DNA of 58,798 nt, filler included, from Sphacelaria rigidula (Eukaryota), in the NCBI GenBank assembly GCA_964200075.2. It is 3 parts of 3 records of this genome, joined end to end, with 100 filler letters (N's around TTAATTAATTAA, not from the genome) between each part and the next. Parts side by side here need not be neighbours in the genome. Positions count along the whole stretch, not along the records: positions 1 to 19,537 come from CAXNAA020000649.1; positions 19,638 to 39,172 come from CAXNAA020000650.1; 1 more part is not named here. The stretch is one strand, 5' to 3'. The position numbers and the translations under genes were made by a program. Below, in pieces: positions 12,946-24,783 of this stretch. How positions within the stretch are numbered: the stretch's first letter is position 1; the number at the start of each line of letters is the position of its first letter. The notes beneath the pieces are model-generated. The model saw only the letters and a list, made by a program, of their open reading frames with translations, ran no database searches and was not told where the DNA came from.

Positions 12946-15832
12946 TCCCCCTCTCTTGCTTTGTGTGCGCTGTAATGCAAAGTAGGGAATGTCCCGACTT
13001 ATTTTATACAACAAGAAATCCACTCATATATATGCCATCAGCCTGAAATCGACGAGAAAACCGTGAAATTTCAGGGCTAACGATGACCACGCGAAAAACT
13101 CGTCATGAAATCAAAAGATGGGCCAAACCTGGTATTCAGGGGAAAAGCCTCATCGTTTGGGGAAAAAATCTCTCACGCCCTTTCGGATTATAGCGCGTGC
13201 TTTCGCATGTGCGATGTCGTCCTGGGATCCCAGCTACACTGGAAACAGAAACCACTGAGAATATTAAAAAAACTATCCTCGGGTGGTAACGGCGCTTGGA
13301 CACCCGTGATCGATTAGATCGATCCTGGGTAGTGTGGGACTCGCAAAAAGCTGACCCACTAAAAAACCCCCAAGAAAGCGCTTACTGGTTGATGGGAGTG
13401 CGTAGGCTTTTCTCTCACCAACCAGGAGCAACTGACCTACTGGACACCAGGGGACTCCTAAATCTTAGATCAACAATTCCGTCATGGTACAGTGTCCAAG
13501 CAGGTACTCGGTGACCACCCTTTTTGTACAATGCTTACTCCACGATATGAATTGCTCTACTCGAGAGGGGTGGGGAAGCCCAAAAATTGGATCAACGTTC
13601 TCCGAGGACGAAGAAACGTGATGAACGAACCGGGTACGTGAAACAAAGCGTGGGATCAGGTCTGACAAAGCCAAGAAATAAATAATCCTCATGAAATGCA
13701 AGACCGAAAACCAAAACAAAGAGCGGAGCAAGATCACTCCGCGAAAAGTTGGAAAGGAAAAGAGAAACCAAAAAATAGTGCTGGAGGAACGAACCAGGCC
13801 CCCAACAAAAGGAGAAGGGGAGAAAGGAAACTGAAACGTGAAGGAAAACTTGAGGAAAACTAGAAAAGACATACCCCGTCTATTGTACGACAAAGAACAA
13901 CTCATGAAACATGAATACAACAAATAGTAGAAAGGGCTGACACGAGAAAGAGGATCAAGTCCTACGAAAGCAAGAGAGACAAAACGGTTGAGGAAAAAAG
14001 AACAAATGGAATCCAGACTAGAAAACCGAACAGGGAAAACAAATGGAAGTTGACCAAAAAAACGAGCCAAACAAATCGAGGAAGCAGTCTCCCCCCCCAA
14101 AAGTCAACATCCGAATCAGCTGTTTCAATGAGAAGAAAGAAACAGTACTGAACTACTGCTCATTACTATATAAAAAACACAAATACAAGTACAAATACAA
14201 ATACAATGCGCTGCTCGCCCCTGTAATGCACCACAAAACGGTCTCCTGCTCTTCCATTCGCACCATATTATGAATTTCTCTGCTTCGTTTGCTCAATGCC
14301 ATCGGCTCGCTCGTCCGGGCCACTTGCTGGAGCTCTTCACTCGAAGACTCCACGCAGTCTTCGTCATCTCGTCACTCTTCCGAAGCATTCACCGTCGTCG
14401 AACACTTGTCGTTTTTGCTGAGCTCCGTCAAAATCCTCTCGGAATGCGAAACCTATGGGGAACAAGTTCAGAACATCACTGCGCGACAGAGGGACATGGC
14501 TTGCTCGGGCAGGATGGCATGCTTGATGCCTTGGCTGGGTGGTGCAGATGCCAAAGGGTGTGGAACCTGTCCACTCGGGAAGCATGAGGCTTTCCAGGAC
14601 TCTGCTTCCTCGTAGCCCCTCTGACATTGCTCCATCCTGGAATTTTGCTCGTCATTTCCAACCTGTTTTCTCTGGATTTAGACTCGCGACGGTGTTCCAG
14701 GGTGAGGAGGTGGGGTGTGGGGTATTAAAGGTTAGCGTCGCCTGAAAGTCTGGTGTTCAAGCAAACTAGGCGGATCCGTCAGCGATTGAATATCTCAGGT
14801 GGGGCGGGTAACGGTATGCGGTTCGACCTATGGCGGGCTATCTTGCGCGCACGTATTTTGTGTCCTTACATCACCACCTCCAGACCGCGTGCCGTGATCT
14901 ATCCTTGCCAACCTTTCATGTACCGTGTACTAGTGCTGCAGTTTCCTGCCGATGCCATCCCGGCGTTGAGATCTCACCTTCCAGGTCCGTCACCGGTCTT
15001 ACCTCGCATAGGTGCTATTCGCGCTGTAATACGAAATGGTCCGGTTGTATACTCGGTTCGCTTCTTGTGATTGAAGTGAAAGCCAGCTTAAATATATGCG
15101 TGGTTTTGCGTTGACACGGCAACTCGGGGAGGGGAGCAGCGTGTAAAGCAATGTGCGCTTGATTCAAGGAGTCAATGAGACATGTTCACCCAACATGGCT
15201 TTCAGAGCTCTGACAACATATCCAGTAGCCATCCTCCAAGTCTTACGACTGCGTCCTTACGGTGTGGGAGATCTGACGCTTCGGAAAGCGATGCCTTCTT
15301 TCAGTCACCTGCCCAAATTGGTAACTAACTCCACACCAAACTCTTCGCCTCTGTTCAGCGAATCTTTCGAGGGACACCGGAAGTTAGGCACATTCTGCAG
15401 GGGACCTGACTACCCCGTTGACTTGTTATGATGGTTGTGGAAAATCAATTGGGGTTGAGAAGCGAGGTCAAGTGCCTGCAGATGTATGTGTATGTGAGTG
15501 CAACATTACCTCAACTGTTGGCAAGTTGATCACCTCGTCCCATGGGTCTATCGCACGCCCCTACCTGATGGCCGTTTGGCGACTGCTTGACCTCTTGGGC
15601 CTCCTACAACGGCAGTCAGCACATCTTGCCTGATATCTTTCGTACTTGTTGACGAAAGGGAGCAGTCACGCATCGTGGAAAGGGCGGTGCCTACTGCTCA
15701 ATTTTCGAGTGCTAATTATTATTTTGGAACCGCAGACGGGTCCTCAGCATCGACTCCCAGGTATCACTTTTATTTCGTACTCAGATCGCCTCTCACCTAC
15801 CGTTTCGGCAGTCGTTTTCCCCTCAGGTCCAA

Positions 15833-16818
15833 TGATTATGTGGAGATTTTAGAAACAGTAGAAGGATTGCAAAAACAAATAGACAAGGCGCAAGAATACA
15901 CTAGGCAATGGAGAGTGACAGCGAACAGCGAAAGAGAGTGATAGGGAGTGGGAAAATATGCGCGATACTCGTCTGTAACGAGGATGAGAAAAATCCACTG
16001 GGGTTCAGGTGGAAAGGAAACGTCGATTCTAGACTAACATACATACCTTGGCGTAGAGGTCTCAAAACACTGTTCTTGGGATGCACAAATTGACAAGGTA
16101 ATATAGAAGGGTAAGGCACAGATAGAAAGGATGAACGTGATCCTCAGAGACCCGCACCTAGACACCAGGATTGAGATATGTATCCTGACGAACTTGATCG
16201 TACCACAGCTGGAATATGCAGGAGAAGTATGGGAGTGGGACGTGAAATTGGTGAAGAAGCTAGAAACAGTACAGAGAGCAGCAGCCAAGAAGATATTTGG
16301 ATGCTCGGACCTGCCGCAAAGATTAGTTGATTGATTGATTGTCGCACTTCAACTGACCCCCCAGGGACCCAGCCGTGGTCTCATGATAGACGTACCCACG
16401 AATAACGAAACTGAAACACGCTCTGAGAAAAAGGGGGAACAGAAATATAAGAAAGAAGTATACCAGTGATCGGAAAGAGGAGGGAGTTGATAGACAAAAC
16501 TACCTTTGTGGCAAAGCAATCGAGAGCAGAAGTCAAAAAGTGGCGCAATGCGAACTGTCCAAGGAGGAACAGCACGTGCTAGAGGGGGAAATGCGGGACG
16601 TGAACGAAGGAGGCATGAAATCGTCTGATGTATTAGCTACGAAAATGATTTTTGCGCAGAGTATGGGAGAAATGTAATGAGCTATGGAAGGAGCGTAATG
16701 CGCGCCGGAATGTTGAAGGTGTCTCTATTAGGAGTAGGAGCGGTGCTCCGTCTCGAAAGGGATGCGTGGTCAATGGTCAAACGACTAAGGCAAGCAACAA
16801 ATGAGTACGCCCCCCCTC
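15833..16818 (+). pseudogene. 5'-truncated, decayed non-LTR retrotransposon (LINE) ORF2: RT C-terminal part and 3' end
   Basis: DYVEILETVEGLQKQIDKAQEYTRQWRVTAN, then YLGVEV and LIVPQLEYAGEVWE...LETVQRAAAKKIFGCS, typical of the post-YADD region of LINE RT, with frameshifts and stops. The frame ends GAPSRKGCVVNGQTTKASNK*. An antisense (TCAA)n-tailed fragment interrupts it at ~16322. Confidence 0.8.
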
Positions 16819-18278
16819 AGAGTCGATTGCACCTGTTCTCGCAAAGGGTCTCCTTGCTGGCGATCAGATTGGATGCGTTGGTCAGGGTCTACTGAGCACG
16901 ATCATTCGCCACTGTGTCCAGTCCGAGGTCTGTCGGATGAAGTAGGCGTGTGTCTCTCCGCGGAGAGCACTTCGCCTACCTTCGTTCCTTCCCTAACTGT
17001 GCGGAATGACCAGTACTCACACCTGTTACGGAACCTTGATCGGTGCTGTTCGGGCGGTCTCGGGTCCACCACTTGGGGAGCTACGTGACGCTACTCGACA
17101 AAAAAGGTGGCGTTGATTTGCTGCGAATGGAGTACAGTACTCTCAAACAAGGGGGTATTCGTAGCTCACCGTTGATGGTGACCAGAACCTGCTTCGGGTC
17201 CGTGGAGAACAGCCCGGTGTCCAGAGCCCAGCAGGACGCCTACCAGCTCCCGTTTCTCCGATTCGCCCACCTGTTAACCGTACGCTAAAACCTTCCCGAT
17301 ATATTGTTACACCATCCTCTCAGATGTCTAGCAAACCACCATTGGCTACGATTCGTGGAAACCTGTCGATGCTCGATCTCACCCGTTATCCTGAGCTGGC
17401 TTTCGTTGCGCTTAGTGGTCTTCCCTGGAGTTTGCCACCGCAGGCTTCTCAAGACAACTGTACCTGGGGTGTACTTTCGTGCGTCAGGCAATGGCTCTAG
17501 CAAAATATTTACAAAAAAAACACCATGGATGGGCGGGGCTGTACGCTTGCAACATAAAAGTAGCGAAAACAAATGGCGAAGACGGCTGTAGAGTAAAATT
17601 GCCACGGGGAGTAGAGAGAATATAACTGAAAATGTAGAAAGAGAGGAGAAAAACGGCAGAAAATCAAGGGGTACCATACGGCAGATAGGGAGGCAAAAGG
17701 GAAAAAAACGTCATTGAGTCGGTGAAAGGAGAAAATAATGCAAATCGTGCACCGTGGGCTACGACTGCTAAATGCAGACGATGAGGGAAGGGGATCACCA
17801 GTATAAAACAGTTGATAGCGAAAGAGAAAAAACCAACATCAAACAAATACCAGCGGTAGAGGAAATAAACATGGTATGATGCGATACCAACGACCATGAT
17901 ATGACTCGCGGCATTGCGCAGGCACGTTCGGGGCGACAGGAGCGGGCAAAATCGAACAGCAAAAGCGGCAGGGGCGGACGGGGGGCGTAATATTAGTGCG
18001 TGTTCTTCCGATGTTCGTGTGCAATGCCGAAACCTCAAAAAAATCAAGACGTGATTAGTAGATAAAAATAGATAAAAACAAAATAAATTAAACTGAAATA
18101 TATTAGAATTTGGGTCACTGTGAAGGGAAGAGTCGAACGCAACGCTACAGTAGAGAAAGTGCGGGTAAAACAATATGATAAAGGCGTAAGCCCTGCACGT
18201 AATAGCTTATACAATCGATGTGTCTACTGCTGCCGAGCAACGGCACTGGTTGCCCCAAGTTTCCGGGCGTGAAGAAAC

Positions 18279-18389
18279 CCATGTAGTGACGGTCGTCTGA
18301 AGTATAGTGACGGTCCCACGAAGTGTTGTGACGGTCCCATGAAGTGTTGTGACGATCACATGAAGTGTTGTGAAGGTCCCATGTAGTGG
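18279..18389. repeat. 21-bp minisatellite (~5 copies)
   Basis: GAAGTGTTGTGACGGTCCCAT-like units in tandem. Confidence 0.85.
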
Positions 18390-19537
18390 CGATACAATGA
18401 CAATGCAGAGGCGACATGTTGTGGCCTGGAGCGGAAGCGAATCCATACGACTTGACCCGCGCAATGACGTTTCACAATGCCGCACATCAATCAATCATAC
18501 TAGGGGCCATTCGTCATTTGCCGGGCGTTGAACGTCTTTCGCCCCAGGATGACTCCAGCATAGATGCCCCGTATGTTGGTCAGAAATTCATTCGGACTCA
18601 CCCAGAATGATCCGAACAACTGCTCGAGCAGTCCTGTTAGGTACAAAGTTGCACAGTGCAAACACGCTGCCACAGCACACAGTACAGTGCAAACACCATG
18701 CGATCACGTACCTGGCTAATATGGTGCAAACACCATGCTAACACGTACCTGGCTAACATGGGAGGTACCTGGGCACCAGATCTAACGGGAGCTGTTTTCT
18801 GTCACACAACACACCTGAATGATGAACGCGGGTTACCGTCTCGCAATCCCTCCAGGTGCACAGCACCAGCAACCGCCGCCCATGTGTACTTTACCCGCGC
18901 ATGTTCGCCAGTTTCCGCCTCGCGACACTTCACTCTCTAGTAGTGGATCAACAGTACTTACCTCCTGCCTACGAAGCACAACGTACACAGCGTGCCCGCT
19001 GTGACTATGGGAGACATTGATCGAACGTGCGGTACTGTAAGATCCCGACCGGGAATTTTGAATTTTCAAATATTTGAAGAAAAGAAGACAGTGCTCGTAT
19101 ACGGAAGCAGGCGCATCGTGAAATGAATCACAGGACGTACCTGTACTGGCGTGCTGGCATGGAAGGTGGCAATCATACGCTGCAGCCATGTGTCCCAGCT
19201 CCGTTCTGCCCAGCTGATGGTCACTTCGAGTAACCAACAGGCATGTAAGGTTCTGGCACCTAAACACGTGATCGTTGCTCAGAAGACCCCACGCTAAATA
19301 AAATTCACGATTGATGCACTACACCGTATGCAGGCACAACGTGAAATAGTGCAGCTCTACAGCGATGCGGCTATGCGGTGCTGCCTATCTTCTCGGTTGG
19401 TCACCATGTTGTGGTCTGATCACGAGGTGATACTGGCGTCACTCTCAAAGAACACGCCCGGCCAGGGGTGACACGAGGTCAGCGGCTGGCCACATTGAAC
19501 AATCGCAGTCGAGAGAAATGACCCTTGAGCTCGTGAG

Positions 19538-19637
19538 NNNNNNNNNNNNNNNNNNNNNNNNNNNNNNNNNNNNNNNNNNNNTTAATTAATTAANNNNNNN
19601 NNNNNNNNNNNNNNNNNNNNNNNNNNNNNNNNNNNNN
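19538..19637. other. assembly gap with artificial stop-codon linker
   Basis: N44 + TTAATTAATTAA (19582-19593) + N44 = 100 bp. Confidence 0.97.
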
Positions 19638-20469
19638 ATGCGAGAGTACGACAGGATTACTATTCCAATGTGCTGGGGATATCCCAAATGAATCTGCAAA
19701 CGGGGATGCCCTGACCCATATTCCTTTGCGTCTAGAATCGTTAGGAGCCCCTGTACCAGACAAAATTTCGCCAAAAAAGTGCACCCCTACCCTAGCATTA
19801 CTCTAAAACCGTATACGCCGAACGCAAGCAAGCCACACCCTTGTGAGGTGTCGGCAAGCGATCCTGGATCGACTTGCCACACTCAAACTGCTGTTTCAAT
19901 CTCTCAATACAATAGCCCAGCTGTCAAAGGGGAAAATCACACATCCCCGAAGCCAGAATACACTATCAATCGTGAATGAGGGTAAAAGTACAACACGACA
20001 AGAGACTCACGTCCATTGCTGTGGCTCGCGATCGTGGAGGCAGAGAGACCGAAGGTGGTAGGTGATGGTTAAAAAGCTCTCCTTTATCCAATAGGTGCTT
20101 GGAGGCCGGTCGGTGTGTTGAGTGAAGACAGGTGGATAGAACAGCTGGGGGCAGCTGTTCTATCGGTACGTCCGTCTGCCCTGCTTACAACCTCGTCATG
20201 ATACAAAATCACCGTGACGTGCTGTGCCTTTAGCCAAACAACGCTGTAGTAGCAGCAGGTACACGCGGCTAATCGGGTACAATCTATCTACATTCAACCA
20301 GCTGCGTCAACAAAAAAAAAACAATCCAAATCCTACCTTACCACAATACACATTCGACTAGAATCTTTCCATACCCGTCGGTCGTTTCTGGGGACCATCG
20401 GCAATTCCGAAATAACTAGTTTAATTCACGCACTCGGTCATTTACCATCATGTCTGTGAGGCTTACCAA

Positions 20470-22375
20470 CGCAAATATCGATTCCTCTGTACCTCTCGTT
20501 CTGGACAGGACGCGCCTCTGTGCGCTGCAGAACACGTCGTTGAAAAACAGGGCGATTTCCCCGTCACCGCTACCGTTGTCTGTCACACACATGCCAACAA
20601 GGACGGTGCTGCGGCGATAACAGGTCCACCCACAACTTGGGGGTGTTATTCATCGTCCATTTTACCGGACATGTGTATCTGTGCGTGCGCGACGACGAGA
20701 GCGTGCCACACACCAGTTGGGGGGATGTATGAGAGATCAAACACTTGTGGAGACCTTCTTGTCATGGGGAGCGAAAAACGATACCTATGATGGTAACCTA
20801 AGTGTTGCTGGCGTGGCGCATGGGGGTGCCCCCATGCTGCAACCTGGAGCACCCACCCACCCGCTGCGTGTGTCGCGGTAGCGTTCGGGAATTCCCATGT
20901 GAGGTCATTCATTACAAGCTGGAGCGAGATATATGTTTCACGAGGAGCAAAAAAAGTGCTCCACGAGTATGATCGACCACTTGTCGGTGCATTTGAGATC
21001 CACACCATCAACCGCCGACCGCGAAGGTCTTGTGGCATTTAAGGAACGCTGGCGGCAGTACACCAGACAAACCCGGTGGCAGCTATAGGTTTCGTTGCTC
21101 TACTGTTATGCCCGTGACTGAGGCCCGATTTTGAACTCTAGATATCGGGAAAATGGACCGACAAACCACACAATGAGTTCAATGCAGAAAAAATGAAACC
21201 TAAACGAGCCAGTCAGTATCAATCACAAGGACACACGTCGGTCGAAGTAAAGATGAAGACGCTCATGAAAAATGTACTATAGTCATAGTACATTCTACGA
21301 CAAGCCTGTGACTGAAGTTGGTGTACACCTGTACACAGAGTTACAGCAACAGGAAAGAGTGGATCCTGGAAAATGGGGTCCATCTCAAAAATGAGGTCGA
21401 AGTGGCATTTATTTTTCGCAGGGATGACGCCAAACACTTACGACCGAGCGAAGCCATCTTCCCCCCCAAATGTCCGCAGCAGTTAAGCAGCCGTGGCTAG
21501 GTGCACCTAACGAATGCGGTATACACGCGTGTCGATGACGATATCACTAGAGAGAGAAGCAACGACAGAGAGGAAGCTCCTCGTCCGTGTCCTTTGTGTG
21601 TCCTCGCTCGGCGATTTCCAAACTCTCGAGAGACTGCCATCATCGATGTTACCAGCATGTGCCCAATTTTCCATGTGCCGAAACATCGAGCTGCGGAGAG
21701 ATTTTCTCTCGTTATACGATTGCCTGTCGAGCTCACGGATGCGAAGATCGATTTCTCTCCACCCCATCCTTTCGAACAGGACGCGCCTCTGTGCGCTCAA
21801 AACCATGTCGTTGAAAAACAGGGCAATGTTCCCGTCATTGCTGCTGCTGTTCTCTGTCACACATATGCCAGCAAGGGCGGTGGTGCGGCCATAACAAATA
21901 GATTCAATGTGAACTTGGGGGGTGTCATTCATCATTGAGTTTACCCACATCTGACCCTCTGAGTGCCCGACGAGAAGAGCGCGCCACACGCCAGTTGAGG
22001 GGGGTGCATGAAAGTTCAAACACTTGTAGAGACCATTTTGACATGCGGAGTGAAAAAAGATACGTATGGTGGTGACCTAGCTGTTGCTAGTGTGGCGCAT
22101 AGGAGTTCGTCCATGCTGCAATCTGGAGCACACGCTGGTCGTGTCAACACCTTGGTACACTACGATTAGCTTTCCAGAATTAATTATTCCGATGTGAGGA
22201 AGTCATGCATTACAAGCTGGGACGAGAGTGCTCTACGATCAACCACTTGTCGTTGCATTTGATACCCACGCCATCAACCGCCGACAGAAAAGGTCTTGTG
22301 GCTTTCACGCAACGCTGTCGGTAATACGGCAGGCAAACCCGATCATAGCTAGCTTTCGTTACTCTACCGTACTTA
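20470..22375 (-). pseudogene. two diverged tandem copies (~20470-21110 and ~21745-22375) of an unknown coding-like sequence; best ORF 21507-22019
   Basis: DNA similarity such as GACGCGCCTCTGTGCGCT at ~20509 and ~21780. Minus-strand translations align: TVLVGMCVTDNGSGDGEIALFFNDVFCSAQRRVL versus TALAGICVTENSSSNDGNIALFFNDMVLSAQRRVL. Confidence 0.5.
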
Positions 22376-23786
22376 CTCCCGACCGGAGTTCGCAACGGGT
22401 ATGAAAGCTAAACAGTTGATTTTTCTCAACTCCATCCACCCAACTCAAACGACTCTCAAGACTCCTTTGTGCTCGACGTCGGGTATGAAGGATTTATTTC
22501 GAACAGCAAAGGTTGTCCAATTGTGTTTTCCACACCATGAGCGTGCCTTCAAAAAACAATCCAGACGATTTCGATACTGACACAGACCTTTGAGGGAGAC
22601 CCCAACCTTGAAAACCCTCTAGAGGATTACAAATGCCCAATATCCTCTAGAGGGCAGTCTAAAAACGGACTCTAGGTAGGGTTTCGTTGTACACAATCCT
22701 CTTAAGGTAGCCGAATGGCCGCGTGTGGGTCAAATGCTCGCGTGTGGAGCAAGAGGTTGGGGATTCGAGACTCCAGATGATCGATTGTTGGTGGAATTTG
22801 AAATGTGGACAGTGAGGTTTGCGAGGGACAGGTAGCGACGTAGAGTACTGAAGTGTCATACCGTGATGGACCACACAACAACATATCTTTTGTTCAGGAA
22901 GCGAACAGACATCTCCCGTAACCTTCCACCTTGTGGTTGCGGACGTTACGTAACCTCAGACGTCACACGCGTACGTTACAAAACCTTCCAGGTTCCAAAA
23001 TGCGGATAGACTACGTTACGGAAGGTCGGCCGTAACCCTTGATATAATGTGTACCAGCGGCCACCCGTGTCGTGATAAAACAAACAGTTTTATAAAATGG
23101 GGTTGTAGGCTAAAATGAGTCTGAAGGTCGAGCGAATGCTTTCCCCACACTTACAGTGACGGTGCCCAATGAGTTTTTTGTCGGCCTTATGCCCTCCGAT
23201 CGCGTAGATACTTTCACAGTGCATTTTGCCGACTCTGGGAGCTGTGACGAAATTACGCCGTTACGTTGAGTTGGTAGTGATGATCTGGATAATGACCGGG
23301 GACACTAGGATGATACCGTGGCGTGTCTAAGAGGGTGCCTTGGAACGGCATTGCTGATAATGTGAGATATTGTGAAGGCTGACAACTGAAAGTGAGGCCA
23401 GTGAGACTGGGAAGTCTCTCAACAGCAGTGATGCACAAGTCCTTCTTCTGGCTAGCGTCACAATATCTATATTAATGCTACTGTTAGTGCTACTGTTAGT
23501 GCTAGAAATAGCACCTAGCAAAACCTACTGGAGAGGATTTCGGCGGAGGTGTTTGGCTGCCGTGGGAAACCTGAAAAACCACGGACGCGTGGAGAGGGTT
23601 CCAGCTGAGGCAGCTGCAGAAAGGCGGCTGACCTGTGAGGGATCCAGACTGGGGACTTGCTGAAGCTGCGTGCAGCGAGACTTTGGAGACTCCTACGACT
23701 GTGTGGTGCGGCGACGAAGCAAGGACGTGTGCAATTCGCGGAAGTCCGGTGGCCTGTGAAAAGTTCGCAGGTAGCCGGTTGCAGCT

Positions 23787-24716
23787 ATGGCGACCGGTTC
23801 GCTAGGTAAGTCCAGCGTGACGCCCGTGATCGTGCGGGAAGAGTTTCGACCTCCCTAATACGGGGATAGGTACTCAGCGAGTGCATCTCGTACTTTTTAT
23901 ACGAAGTATCTGGAGTACAAAAAGCGTGTGGAGCACGCTAACGCAGGGGGTGCTGGGCGGCATCACGTGGTATCAATGGCTTAACAAGTGCCAACTCATG
24001 TGCAGAGAGTGTTTGCTCGTTTGGAACATAGAGAAAGCACTATTACCCCGCCGCAATTGGTTGCGGCGATCAAAAAGCCTGCTGGGCATGCGGCAGGCGC
24101 CGAGGTGGGGCTGACCCAAGCGTCCGCGGCCGTGGCGAAAGCTGTCGCCATGGATTCTTGGAGAAAGACGATATTGGAGCGGATGGAGCCCATCCTGTCA
24201 AATTTGGAGAAGTACTTCACGGAAAATCCGAACGTAGAACTAGTATATCGTTCTCCCGATGTTGAGTTCATTCTCGGCCCGGCTGCAGTAATCACTAAAG
24301 CTTTGGTGGAGGGGTTGGCGCCGGAAACATTCAAGCAAGCCGTGCTTGTCAAGCTGCAGCACGAAAATAATCGGAAGGCAGACCCCTACATGGTGATGGA
24401 CACCGTCGTGGCCGAGGCCAAGGAGTGGCGGAAAAAAGAGGTGTTCGGCCAGTCGTCCACCTCCTCGCCGAAAGTTTTGCGCAACCACGACTCGACATCG
24501 GCCGGCCGCGCCGCGAGTATTACTTTCCACAGCTGTGGCCAGGTCGACCATTACGCGCGCGATTGCCCAACGTCTTCCGGTGGAGAGTCTGGGCAGTCTC
24601 ATGCCGCGCGTCATCAGCATCGTCAGCACAAAGGCAAACGACGAGGTAATCGGGGTGGTGGCGGCGGTGGATCCTCCGACGATGGAGGGTCGCAGTCGAG
24701 TCCTCAGCAGCAGTAG
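23787..24716 (+). pseudogene. gag: element A gag with degenerate CCHC zinc knuckle
   Basis: The ATG at 23787 is in frame with ORF 23988-24716, with two in-frame TAA between them. FHSCGQVDHYARDCP is Cx2Cx4Hx4C with the first Cys lost. Confidence 0.8.
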
Positions 24717-24783
24717 CAGCAGCAGCAGCAGCAGGGGCAGCGGCGTCAGCATGGACCTGGTTCTGGGTCTGACGCCGCCGTAG

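Larger units (their letters stand above)
12515..19537 (-). mobile_element. non-autonomous LTR retroelement C (LARD/TRIM-like); 5' LTR truncated by the assembly gap
   Basis: 12515-12645 is repeated almost exactly at 19407-19537. On the minus strand a PBS-like TGGTGACCAACCGAG (19392-19406) follows the 5' LTR and a PPT AAGAGAGGGGGA (12946-12957) precedes the 3' LTR. No gag/pol motifs are seen inside. Confidence 0.75.

Noticed and set aside
12515-13013. Plus-strand LTR ending at ...ATACAACA (13013)
   Set aside because: The PPT at 12946-12957 and the PBS at 19392-19406 both place the element on the minus strand with the LTR boundary at 12945.
13465-14100. 211-aa hydrophobic ORF as a membrane or env-like protein of element C (likewise 17664-18173)
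   Set aside because: The Phe/Ser/Leu richness is explained by the complement of an A-rich low-complexity tract, and no motif is recognisable.
15400-15700. DIRS/Ngaro-type RT fragment (TVGKLITSSHGSIARPYLMAVWRLLDLLGL)
   Set aside because: Only a vague resemblance, with no YxDD, RNase H or tyrosine-recombinase motif nearby. A profile search would be needed.
19582-19593. TTAATTAATTAA palindrome (also at 39217-39228) as a biological site
   Set aside because: It is centred in exactly 44+44 Ns both times, so it is an artificial six-frame-stop scaffold linker. Adjacency across these gaps is unverified.
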